Made by a program: the position numbers and the translations under genes | Assembly (NCBI GenBank): GCA_034723315.1 | Contig: JAYEOV010000035.1 | Location: 8,329 to 72,328, forward strand | Length of the DNA stretch: 64,000 bases | Source of the DNA: Candidatus Omnitrophota bacterium | Lineage (GTDB): Bacteria; Omnitrophota; Gorgyraeia; Tantalellales; Tantalellaceae | Direction: 5' to 3' | Notes under the pieces: model-generated | Database searches by the model: none | What the model saw: only the letters and a program-made list of their open reading frames with translations | Told to the model about the DNA's origin: nothing | Part shown: positions 37,169-45,849 of the stretch, in pieces | How positions within the stretch are numbered: position 1 is the first letter of the stretch | How the letters are laid out: each line of letters opens with the position of its first letter

Positions 37169-38539
37169 TTATTCCCGGGGTTCATCCTGTGCGCCGCCAA
37201 ACAGGGATTTGATGGAATCAAGCGCGTTCGTTCCTTCTTCGGTGGATGAAGGGCTGTCTTTTGAAGTTCCTCCGGTCTGGCCCTTAAAGAGATCACCGAT
37301 GGCTTTTACGCCCTGTTTCTTTATATTTTCGGCAATATTGGTGAGATATGGTTTTATAATGGCCATAAGAGTATCCTGGAATCCTTTGAACTGGGGCTTG
37401 TCTACTGTCCCGGTTATCTGGAACCTGAGGGTTACAGGGTCTATCTGGTTCAACGCTTCACATACGGCCGGTAAAGGGATGATCCCTACGGTGAGCCGCC
37501 GGTCTTTCGGAACGAGATTCTGTTCACGGAGAGTGAGCACGTTCTTTGAGTCTATCGCATCATTTAAGAAAGCCGTTCTGGACTTTATGGAGATCCGGCC
37601 CGCCGTGAAATCCACCGGAAGTGAATCCTCGTAAATAAACCCGACGGCTGTAAGGTCAACATTGTCGGCCGTCAGGTCGCAGGCCGCTTTTTGTGTGTTT
37701 CGTTTGTAACTTTTCGAGTACTGAAAATTGAAAGTGCCCGCGTGAGCGCCGTCTTTGTTTACCCTGCCTTTTATATCCAGTCTGTTGAATCTGGCGCCTT
37801 TTACGGGATCCAGGCCGAGCCCTTTTATTATGATCTTCACGCCCTCTACGCTGACGCCTTTGGCCGTTTTTGTTTCAATATCCAGGCGGGAGTCTTTTAT
37901 CACAAAGTCCCTGATCTGGAAAAGATGTTCCTCTCCAACCTTTTTAAAGAATACTCTTCTGCCTTTTGGAAGTTCCTGGACGTCCCTTTCGATCCTTTCG
38001 GATTCCTTTTGTTCGACTCTTTCCTTTTCTATGGCTTCTTTGGAGGAGGTGCTTTTTATCATGTTCCAGATCCTGCCGAACCAGTCCTTTTTCGGCCTGA
38101 AGCCGGTTACGGTCCAGCGTCTGGGTGCTGCTTTTTGTTCGGCTTTTTGGCTCCGGGCAAGCTTTTGCACGTTGAAAGTTCCGTCAGGCTCCCCTTTCAG
38201 GTCGATCTCAGCCCCGGATATGCTGACGCGCGCAAGGACAAGACGCTTTGAAAGAAGGCCAAGAGGGCTGACGCGGATCGACGCCTTTCGTATCAGGACC
38301 ATCCTCTGTTTTTCGTTATCCGGATCGAACACCTTCAGGCCTTTTAAGGAACACGACAGGGTCAGCGGCCATATAGTGACCTTTTCCACCGTGACCTTCG
38401 CGTCAGCGTGTTCATTAATACTGTCGATGATAGCAGACCCCAGGATGGGAGATATGATCAAGGCGAAGGCTATCTGAAAGACGATCAGCAGCGCCGCAAG
38501 TATGGCTATTCCTTTTATATTGAGGAGCTTCATTGTCAT
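37169..38539 (-). CDS. AsmA-like / DUF748-like outer-membrane-assembly protein
   Basis: N-terminal TM anchor, long beta-rich periplasmic region, C-terminal ...QITGTVDKPQFKG motif resembling the AsmA C-terminal signature. Confidence 0.45.
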   Translation of the reverse strand: MTMKLLNIKGIAILAALLIVFQIAFALIISPILGSAIIDSINEHADAKVTVEKVTIWPLTLSCSLKGLKVFDPDNEKQRMVLIRKASIRVSPLGLLSKRLVLARVSISGAEIDLKGEPDGTFNVQKLARSQKAEQKAAPRRWTVTGFRPKKDWFGRIWNMIKSTSSKEAIEKERVEQKESERIERDVQELPKGRRVFFKKVGEEHLFQIRDFVIKDSRLDIETKTAKGVSVEGVKIIIKGLGLDPVKGARFNRLDIKGRVNKDGAHAGTFNFQYSKSYKRNTQKAACDLTADNVDLTAVGFIYEDSLPVDFTAGRISIKSRTAFLNDAIDSKNVLTLREQNLVPKDRRLTVGIIPLPAVCEALNQIDPVTLRFQITGTVDKPQFKGFQDTLMAIIKPYLTNIAENIKKQGVKAIGDLFKGQTGGTSKDSPSSTEEGTNALDSIKSLFGGAQDEPRE

Positions 38540-39084
38540 TCCTCCCCCTTTAAACGGCCAATGATAGACAGTATCTTGCTGATAAGAGGTATGTTTTTAA
38601 ACCATTTTACAAAAGCCGAGTTCTTTATCCTGTCAAAGTATTTTTCCCTGATAATGACTATACCTTTTTTCGAGAAAATATAGACAGGAATACATAATAC
38701 CCAGGAAAGGAAAAGCCCCCCGGCGACGAGCGTGTTATTGAGGTCCAGATAAGCGACTACCGGCAAATGCGTCAGCTGTCTCCAGAAAAAGATAAGGTAA
38801 TCGGCCTGTATAAGAAGGTATCCCCCGATGATATCGGCCAGGCCGCTTACCCCAAGCACATACAGAAGTTTAAAAAGCGGCAGCACCAGCATAGCCGCCA
38901 GCCTGTTGATCCTGAAGATGAAAAAACAAAGCAATAACAGGATCGCCATCGGGCCGTTAAGAGGGATGAATCCCATGAACATTCCAAGGCATACGCCGGC
39001 GGCGACTTCACTCGCGGAAGTATTCGAGCTGAACAGTTTGACGATCTTGACCGGAAGATTGATCAAAGGTAACATATTTTTCAA
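38536..39084 (-). CDS. DUF2062 family membrane protein
   Basis: 182 aa; AAGVCLGMFMGFIPLNGPMAILLLLCFFIFRINRLAAML; 4-nt overlap with the downstream AsmA-like gene. Confidence 0.5.
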   Translation of the reverse strand: MKNMLPLINLPVKIVKLFSSNTSASEVAAGVCLGMFMGFIPLNGPMAILLLLCFFIFRINRLAAMLVLPLFKLLYVLGVSGLADIIGGYLLIQADYLIFFWRQLTHLPVVAYLDLNNTLVAGGLFLSWVLCIPVYIFSKKGIVIIREKYFDRIKNSAFVKWFKNIPLISKILSIIGRLKGEE

Positions 39085-39486
39085 ACCTTTCAGAAATAGA
39101 ACACGTTTATTAAACCAGGTCCGATCTTATCAGGATTTCGCCGCGCTTACGTCAATTACCGAACCGGCCCAGGATTCCACCCATCTTGATATTTTTACGC
39201 CGAGAACTCCGGCCATTAAAAGCAGCACCTCTTTTTGGCTTCCGCGGGAGTGAGTCCTTCGGGGCTGCTTTCGAGTTGCTTGAGGACTTCTTCTTTTTCC
39301 AGAGAATGCCAGTTTACGGTTTTTTTGTCTTCCGCCATTTTCTCTTCCATTTTACGAAAATTATTTTTTAAATATTGTTTATATTATAATTAGTATAATT
39401 ATACAATATTTACTGCCTTTTCCAATTTTTATTTGTAAACTTATCCTGTGAACAAAATCCGGAGAACCCGGCACATGACCCGAGAC

Positions 39487-40386
39487 CTAAAACCCTCTAT
39501 GCAATCCCGCCTTTACCGCGTGATCAAGCACTTCCTTGAACTCACCCATCGTGATCCTGCGTGAGAGATCTTCATGTCTGTCGGCCTTGAAACACGGATG
39601 GTACTGTTCCATGATGTTCACGTAAGAATCCCTTGAGAGTTTTTCAGCGATGAAATCCAGGATCTCGAACGATCCGGCGATACCGTTCGGCAGGACAAGG
39701 TGGCGGATGAGCAGGCCTCTCTCGGCTATGTCTTTTTCGTTTATCACGAGACCCCCAACCTGTTTATGCATCTCAACGAGCGCTTTGCGGCATATTTGCC
39801 AGTAATCACCGGCGCCGGAATATTTCCCGGAATGATGTTCATCGGAATATTTCGCGTCAGGCATGTATATATCAAATATTCCGGCTATCTTCATCAGCGT
39901 CTCCGGCTTGTCGTAACCGCCGGAATTATACACCAGAGGCAATTTTAAGCCCTTTTCGATCGCGGGGATAAGGGCTTCCACTATCTGGGCTATAACGTGA
40001 GTGGGTGTGACAAAATTTATATTGTGCGCGCCTCTTTGCTGAAGGGATAACATGATATCCGCCAGATCCTGCGGTTTGACCTCATGTCCTTCCCCGAGAT
40101 GTGAAATGGAGAAGTTCTGGCAGAAAATGCAGCCGAGATTGCACCATGTGAAGAATATGGTCCCCGAACCGCCCGTTCCTACGAGCGGGGGTTCTTCCCC
40201 GAAATGCAGGTTATAGCTTGAGACAAGAACGTTCCTGCCGGTTTTGCAGAAACCGGTTTCTCCCTTCAGCCTGTCCACTTTACAATTTCTCGGGCACAGC
40301 TCGCAGTTTTCCAGTTCCGAGATCAGACGGTCCTTAATCTTCGCAAGTTTACCGTTCTTGTGCAGTTTCAAATACGAAGGTATCAT
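39487..40386 (-). CDS. Radical SAM enzyme, AmmeMemoRadiSam-system (AmrS)-like / PFL-activase-like
   Basis: N-terminal CELCPRNCKV...GFCKTGRN and radical SAM cluster motif CNLGCIFCQN. Confidence 0.55.
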   Translation of the reverse strand: MIPSYLKLHKNGKLAKIKDRLISELENCELCPRNCKVDRLKGETGFCKTGRNVLVSSYNLHFGEEPPLVGTGGSGTIFFTWCNLGCIFCQNFSISHLGEGHEVKPQDLADIMLSLQQRGAHNINFVTPTHVIAQIVEALIPAIEKGLKLPLVYNSGGYDKPETLMKIAGIFDIYMPDAKYSDEHHSGKYSGAGDYWQICRKALVEMHKQVGGLVINEKDIAERGLLIRHLVLPNGIAGSFEILDFIAEKLSRDSYVNIMEQYHPCFKADRHEDLSRRITMGEFKEVLDHAVKAGLHRGF

Positions 40387-40407
40387 ACAAAATGGTATCT
40401 TTAGGGG

Positions 40408-40836
40408 TCAGACCCCTTTAAATTTCATAATGCTTATTCTTGAAGGGTCTTTGCACTTGTGGCGTTTTTTATGTTCGAGAGCTTCGGGCCCGGAGGCTAT
40501 TTCTTCGAATCCCGCTTTTCTGACGAATTCCGGCCTGTGTGTGACACCGTATATCTCTTTTCGCCCGTCCAGTCTTTTTGCCTCTTCGACAAGGAACTTA
40601 AGCAGTTTAATGCCTAAACCCTTCCGCCTGTGGTAATAATCAACGCCAAGGGAACCGATCTCAAAATAACCGCCGTGGTCGATTATCCTGCCGAAGGCGA
40701 CTGTCCTGCCGCAATTCTTCGCTACGAAGAACTTCTGCCAGGTCGCCCCGTCGGCGTCCAGGATATATTTCTGGAGCTTTTCCCGGATGTACGGCCAGTC
40801 TTTTTTTTCCGCGGGCTGTATCGTTATGTTATCCAT
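40408..40836 (-). CDS. GNAT family N-acetyltransferase
   Basis: HRRKGLGIKLLKFLVEEA acetyl-CoA binding motif. Confidence 0.7.
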   Translation of the reverse strand: MDNITIQPAEKKDWPYIREKLQKYILDADGATWQKFFVAKNCGRTVAFGRIIDHGGYFEIGSLGVDYYHRRKGLGIKLLKFLVEEAKRLDGRKEIYGVTHRPEFVRKAGFEEIASGPEALEHKKRHKCKDPSRISIMKFKGV

Positions 40837-40988
40837 ATTTCATCTTTCATAAAAGCCTCTTTCAAAACCCGGTATTAGAAATCAGGCGGGGAGTTTTTCG
40901 GAGATATCATAAAGAACGGCGATCATGAATTTTTTCATGTATTTTTCTCTTTTCTTATCAAACAATATTGCTCCCTTTCAGGGATGTC

Positions 40989-41243
40989 TTATGACCTCTC
41001 GCGTGATAGCAAGCTTCTCAGGTGATCGACAAAGGCTGCCAGACGCGATTTTGAATGCCTTACGGGCTTGTAAGACGCGCGGAATGCCTTTATCGCGGCA
41101 TAAATACCTGTCACGATACCAGCTGCTATAAAAATAAAACCGAAAATAAAGCGATCCCCCACAAGAAAGAACAGCCCCAGCATGTACAGCATGGCCGCGA
41201 TAAACGGAAAGTAACTTGCATATTTGTTCTTTTTATGAGACAT
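40989..41243 (-). CDS. Small membrane protein, hypothetical
   Basis: 84 aa, 2 TM helices. Confidence 0.3.
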   Translation of the reverse strand: MSHKKNKYASYFPFIAAMLYMLGLFFLVGDRFIFGFIFIAAGIVTGIYAAIKAFRASYKPVRHSKSRLAAFVDHLRSLLSRERS

Positions 41244-41420
41244 CTTTTTTAATATTAATAATAGTTATATACACCTTAAATAATATTATTATAGCGGCAT
41301 TTTCAAGTTTGACCACTGTGGGCCGTAGACAATTGACAATAGGCCGATCAGCGGGTCTTTTCTATTTCAAGTATTTCTACCGGTACGCCCCAGGAATGAA
41401 AAAGGAACTTTCTTTCTAGG

Positions 41421-41467
41421 CCCCGTTCGTTACGAGGCTGAGCGAAAAGGCCATTGACAAGGCCTGA
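41421..41467 (+). repeat. MITE core fragment (CCCCGTTCGTTACGAGGCTGAGCGAAAAGGCCATTGACAAGGCCTGA)
   Basis: Identical to the core of copies at 26489 and 48573; no TIRs. Confidence 0.5.
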
Positions 41468-41483
41468 CACCAATAAAATATTA

Positions 41484-42059
41484 TCAGAGACGGGGCCTGT
41501 GGCGCATTCTGCGCGTGGTCCCGGTACCGACTTGTTGTTGGGTTCCGTAATGGCCTCCGCCGTGGTAAGGGCCGCCTGCATATTCGCCGGCGGAATATAT
41601 GCCGGCGCTTTTATATAGATCTTTTAACTTTTCCAGCTGGTTTTTTGTGTATATTTTTATGAGCTTGTCGTGGACCGAGACGAGATACTGGCTTTTCTTT
41701 TTTTCCAGTTCGTGTTTTTGGGCTACAAGCGGGGTTATCATCTCGGTGTTCACGGGGACCTCCCACATCAGGGTGTTTATCTCAACCGTGAGCGTCTGAA
41801 TGTCGGCGTCCTGACGGATGAGGCTTTTACTTACCTCTTTTGACAGGTCTTTTATCTGCTTGACTTGTTCGTCCGAGAGCTCAAGCGCCATGCTGCTGTT
41901 CATGGCAAGGTTCACCTCGCTAAAGAACCTGTGTTCAAGGTCCTGCCCGGTTGATACGCCCGGACCATATCTGCCGGATTTTTGCGCGAGTGTTACACAC
42001 GTTCCGATAAAAAACATCATTGCGGTTAATACTAAGACTATTAGAACTCTCTTATTCAT
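41484..42059 (-). CDS. Periplasmic Spy/CpxP-like protein (weaker LTXXQ-like)
   Basis: Signal peptide, coiled coil, LSDEQ motif, Gly/His-rich C-terminus. Confidence 0.35.
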   Translation of the reverse strand: MNKRVLIVLVLTAMMFFIGTCVTLAQKSGRYGPGVSTGQDLEHRFFSEVNLAMNSSMALELSDEQVKQIKDLSKEVSKSLIRQDADIQTLTVEINTLMWEVPVNTEMITPLVAQKHELEKKKSQYLVSVHDKLIKIYTKNQLEKLKDLYKSAGIYSAGEYAGGPYHGGGHYGTQQQVGTGTTRRMRHRPRL

Positions 42060-42267
42060 AATCTCCCCTTTCGTCCCAAAATCTTAACGCGGACCGACCC
42101 GGTCGGACATGCCCGGGCCGCGCGATATTATTATATGTCATACTCTGGCAGGAGAAAACTTCTAAAATAGAAACAGCGCCAATTTTTTTTCTGGATTTAA
42201 ACCGTTCGTCGCTTTTACCCCGTTAGAGAAGCCTGCTCTGGGCTTCTCTAACGGGGTTCACCTGATT

Positions 42268-42606
42268 TCAATAAATTACAATAAAGGATTCAAATTCTCC
42301 GTTATAAGTCTCCCAGTTGATTTCCACGTTGTCAACACGCGCCATGGGCGGACCATGATAACACCAGTTTGTCATTTTATCTATATCTTCCTTTTTTCCT
42401 TCAAAAACCGCCTCTACCCTGCCGTCCCAGGAGTTCCTTACCCACCCTGTAATGAATAACGTCATGGCTTTTTCTTTTGTATAGCTCCTGAAAAAGACAC
42501 CTTGAACCAGCCCTGATAAAAATACATGCGCTCTTGCTTTAGCCATTTCTTTTGTTTTCGATAAATTAAATCCAAAAAAACTATCAATTACAATTTTATT
42601 ATACAA
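42268..42606 (-). CDS. acyP: Acylphosphatase
   Basis: VFLSGLVQGVFFRSY and GWVRNSWDGRVEAVFEG signature motifs. Confidence 0.7.
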   Translation of the reverse strand: MYNKIVIDSFFGFNLSKTKEMAKARAHVFLSGLVQGVFFRSYTKEKAMTLFITGWVRNSWDGRVEAVFEGKKEDIDKMTNWCYHGPPMARVDNVEINWETYNGEFESFIVIY

Positions 42607-42656
42607 TAATCTTTTTTATAAAAAAGCCAATTTTAACCTTTATTATTATTGACTAT

Positions 42657-42838
42657 AACCCCGTTCGTTACGAGGCTGAGCGAAAAAAGCATTGACAAGG
42701 CCTGAGGGGTGGAGCCCCGCGGACTGAAGTCCACGGCTCCTTTTTCTGCGGGATCTCACCTGTAGGGCGAAATCCCGAAAACGCAGCCAATGGGTTTTGC
42801 AGCCAGCCGCAGTAAAACAGGGTTATGAAATGGGTTCT
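42657..42838 (+). mobile_element. MITE-like element copy (left TIR missing, right TIR intact)
   Basis: Core CCCCGTTCGTTACGAGGCTGAGCGAAAAAAGCATTGACAAGGCCTGAGG, GC-rich hairpin insert, right end TTTTGCAGCCAGCCGCAGTAAAACAGGGTTATGAAATGGGTTCT. Confidence 0.55.
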
Positions 42839-43069
42839 AAAGAAGAACTGGAGAATATCTTTGACAAGCACAAAAAACTTTACACGGCTAAAGAAAAACT
42901 GGGGCCTGGACTTGCGATCATACAGGATATTGTGAACATGCACAAAGGAAAAATCTGGGCCGAAAGCAACCCCAAGAAAGGTAACAGGTTTATTGTAGAA
43001 CTCCCCAAAAACATAGCATCAAAAAGCTGCGCCCTTAAGTGGATTCACTCCTCGTCGTCCACTTTATAA
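42830..43069 (+). pseudogene. Sensor histidine kinase C-terminal fragment (HATPase_c G2 box only)
   Basis: ...ELENIFDKHKKLYTAKEKLGPGLAIIQDIVNMHKGKIWAESNPKKGNRFIVELPKN; begins exactly at the ATG within the MITE right TIR; the rest of the kinase is absent. Confidence 0.5.
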
Positions 43070-43734
43070 CCGATGCCTCTCACGTTCTTGATAAGCTTGC
43101 TCGTCTTACCGAGTTTCTCCCGCAGATGTCGTATATGGACGTCAATGGTGCGTGTTATCACCACTTTCTCTTCACCCCACAGGTAATCCAGGATCCTGTC
43201 CCGCGTGAAAACCTGTCCTTTCCTTGAACAGAGCAATTCCAATATCTTAAATTCCGTAGGGGTAAGAGCTACTTTCTTTCCTTCGGCTGTTACCTGATAT
43301 TTCTGTTGATCTATTACCAGCAAATCACTTATATTGATCACTTTAGGCTTTTCTTCCGGTTCCAGCCTTCTCAGGACCGCCTTTATCCTTGCCCCCATCT
43401 CTTTCAATGAAAAAGGTTTAACTATATAGTCGTCGGCTCCGATCTCAAGGCCCAGGACCTTGTTGGTCTCCTCGTCCCTGCCTGAAAGGATTATGATGGG
43501 TATAGTGGAAAGTTCCTCCTTAACCTTCAATAACCTGCATATCTCAAAACCGTCCATTTCGGGCAGCATCAGGTCAAGGATAATAAGATCGGGTTTTTTT
43601 GTTTCCAGGAAATTGAACAGGCTATGTCCTTCCAGAAATCCTTTGACCTTGAACCCCTCGTCGGTAAGATATTCCGTCACCATATTTACTATAGCGTGTT
43701 CGTCATCCACTATAACTATCAGTTTTTTGTCCAT
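43045..43734 (-). CDS. OmpR-family DNA-binding response regulator
   Basis: REC domain (DDEH...DLIILDLMLP), winged-helix C-terminus (VFTRDRILDYLWG...). Confidence 0.85.
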   Translation of the reverse strand: MDKKLIVIVDDEHAIVNMVTEYLTDEGFKVKGFLEGHSLFNFLETKKPDLIILDLMLPEMDGFEICRLLKVKEELSTIPIIILSGRDEETNKVLGLEIGADDYIVKPFSLKEMGARIKAVLRRLEPEEKPKVINISDLLVIDQQKYQVTAEGKKVALTPTEFKILELLCSRKGQVFTRDRILDYLWGEEKVVITRTIDVHIRHLREKLGKTSKLIKNVRGIGYKVDDEE

Positions 43735-43770
43735 ATCACTTCTTTCGGTATGGCTATTATTTTATCTGTT

Positions 43771-43980
43771 TTAGGTCTTCTTTCTGATCAAAGATTCAAT
43801 TACCCTTACAAGCAAATACAAAGAAAGAGAACAAAAGATCCCTTTTGCAAGGAAATACCAGGCAACCGCATCGTTTGAAAACTCACCCTTAAAAACACCG
43901 TTGCCGAGCAGGAAGGAATAAACGCATATAAGAAAAACGGCCACCGCCGCAGCATCCACTAATGCCTTTTTCTTTTTCAT
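43771..43980 (-). CDS. Small membrane protein, hypothetical
   Basis: 69 aa, 2 TM. Confidence 0.3.
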   Translation of the reverse strand: MKKKKALVDAAAVAVFLICVYSFLLGNGVFKGEFSNDAVAWYFLAKGIFCSLSLYLLVRVIESLIRKKT

Positions 43981-44227
43981 CTTCTCACCCCGGACTCAAA
44001 AAAATCAAGAAAATAAAGCCCTGAAAAGAGGGGCTTATGGACCACTTTTACGATGATATTAAGGGTAGAGATCTCCTTATTACATTTTCTATTGAGTATA
44101 AGGAAATCTTGTGCCAAGTCAAGGTAAAGCAGGGATTACTGGTGTCAAAGATTATGTGTACTTTCATATTAACAGATCCCAGCCGGAGTTTATCCCCGTA
44201 AAAGCAGGGGAGGGAATAACAGAGTAT

Positions 44228-44767
44228 TCATTCCTGCCTCGCCTGATCCTCTTTGTCGATCTTGTCCAGCTCTTTCTTTATCGCCTGCATCGCCTGAATG
44301 GTCTTGCCAAGCTTATCGCTTATATCCCTGGTCAATTCAGCCTTTTCCTGCTCTGTTGCCGGCACACCGCCTGCCGCGCCCCCGGTTATTTTCCGCACTT
44401 TCCGCCATATCCTGACCATTTTCGCCGTTATCTTTGCATAATTCTCGCTCCAGCCCTTCTCGCCGGCAGCCGGTGCCTTTACACCGCCTTTCGGCGCAGC
44501 CTTCTCAGCTGGCTGAATGTCCTTGACCTCCTCTTTTATCACCTGGAGTATCTTTATGGTCGTATCTATCTTCTTGTCAAGGTCTTTTGACCATACTGTT
44601 TCTTCACCCGCGGTATTCTCCTGTTTCTCGTCCCCACCGACTGCGGCGTAAAGCGGCCCAACGCTTATAAACAACACGAAGATGCTCAGCATCGTCATTA
44701 TCGTCGTGCGCCTGCCTCGAGCGAAGTCAAGGGGTATTGCGTATATTGTATTGCGTTTTTTATTCAT
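44228..44767 (-). CDS. Hypothetical secreted/anchored coiled-coil protein
   Basis: N-terminal hydrophobic segment, Lys/Glu-rich coiled coil. The track ORF start (44809) lies inside the family-2 repeat, so an internal Met is preferred. Confidence 0.35.
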   Translation of the reverse strand: MNKKRNTIYAIPLDFARGRRTTIMTMLSIFVLFISVGPLYAAVGGDEKQENTAGEETVWSKDLDKKIDTTIKILQVIKEEVKDIQPAEKAAPKGGVKAPAAGEKGWSENYAKITAKMVRIWRKVRKITGGAAGGVPATEQEKAELTRDISDKLGKTIQAMQAIKKELDKIDKEDQARQE

Positions 44768-44791
44768 CGTAAACCTCATTGTTTTGTTAAA

Positions 44792-44905
44792 AATATATTC
44801 TGGGGACATGCCTGGGCGAGCAAAATTAGCGTCTACAACAGGCGTGTCCCCGGAACTTCATCAATGCCATAGTGTCGTCTGCAACAAGCGTGTCCCCAGA
44901 ACTTC
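44792..44905 (-). repeat. Structured ~110-bp repeat element (family 2), copy 2 (inverted relative to copy 1)
   Basis: ATATATTCTGGGGACATGCCTGGGCGAGCAAAAT...CAACAGGCGTGTCCCCGGAACTTC...CAACAAGCGTGTCCCCAGAACTTC. Confidence 0.5.
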
Positions 44906-44948
44906 CTGAGCATAGCCGAAGGGTCAGTCGCGTAAGCCATGCGCTCAT

Positions 44949-45455
44949 TTAACTTGTTATTCTGTAAATCACTATCGAAAGCATGGCAAAGGCTATCACC
45001 AGTTTAGCCGCTATTGACCCTAACCTTCCCAGGACCCCTCCCGTACCTGCCTTCATTGACTTGATCAGATCCCTCTGAAGAATCAATTCTACCAGAAAAG
45101 CGCCTAGAAAAATACCCAAAAATGTTCCTGCGATCAGCCCAACTCCAAAAAATGCCGTTCCCGCAACCGCTCCGAGAACACCGCCAATAATGGCCCCAAA
45201 AACAGCCGCGTTGGATGCCCCCAGATTCTTGGCGCCCAGAACAATAAAAACGTATTCCAGGACCTCGCCAAAAAGGTATAAAGCGCACAGGATCACAAGT
45301 ACTTTCAGTGTGATAACTGAAAATCCTGTCATCAGCGCGTAAAGAATTGTGCCGACCAAGATCAACAGGGTCCCGAACGTAGTGAAGAAGATGGCGATAA
45401 TACCGGCCAATGTGAATATCAACAATACTGATAAGGCCAGAATATTCATGATCAT
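44949..45455 (-). CDS. DUF456 family membrane protein
   Basis: 168 aa Gly-rich polytopic membrane protein with the DUF456-like pattern. Confidence 0.55.
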   Translation of the reverse strand: MIMNILALSVLLIFTLAGIIAIFFTTFGTLLILVGTILYALMTGFSVITLKVLVILCALYLFGEVLEYVFIVLGAKNLGASNAAVFGAIIGGVLGAVAGTAFFGVGLIAGTFLGIFLGAFLVELILQRDLIKSMKAGTGGVLGRLGSIAAKLVIAFAMLSIVIYRITS

Positions 45456-45482
45456 GATCCGGTACCCTTATATCCCCATTAT

Positions 45483-45839
45483 TTAAACGAATATCAGCAT
45501 CAGGCCGATCGCAAGAAAAAGTATGGCCCAGATCCTGAAAAAAATCAGAGGCCTGTCCGCCAACCATGTGGCTATCTTTAACGATGCCTTCGAAGTCAGC
45601 AGCATTATCGCTTTTATCGTTATTATCATCCCGATTATCCCAACCACCTTCGCAGACAATCCCGGGGCTTTGATCACGCTGCCGATCATGAGAAAACCGA
45701 ATACAATCACAAAGACGTAAACGACTCGCTTTGTCCTTCGGCCCATTTTTCTCTTAAGCCGGTCTTTCAAGGTCTGCGGCCTTACCAGCCAGAATGCACC
45801 AAGAACGATCCATATCGCGCCAAGTATCTTAGAAAGCAC
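45483..45839 (-). CDS. Small membrane protein, hypothetical
   Basis: 118 aa, 3-4 TM. Confidence 0.35.
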   Translation of the reverse strand: MLSKILGAIWIVLGAFWLVRPQTLKDRLKRKMGRRTKRVVYVFVIVFGFLMIGSVIKAPGLSAKVVGIIGMIITIKAIMLLTSKASLKIATWLADRPLIFFRIWAILFLAIGLMLIFV

Positions 45840-45849
45840 TTATTACTCC

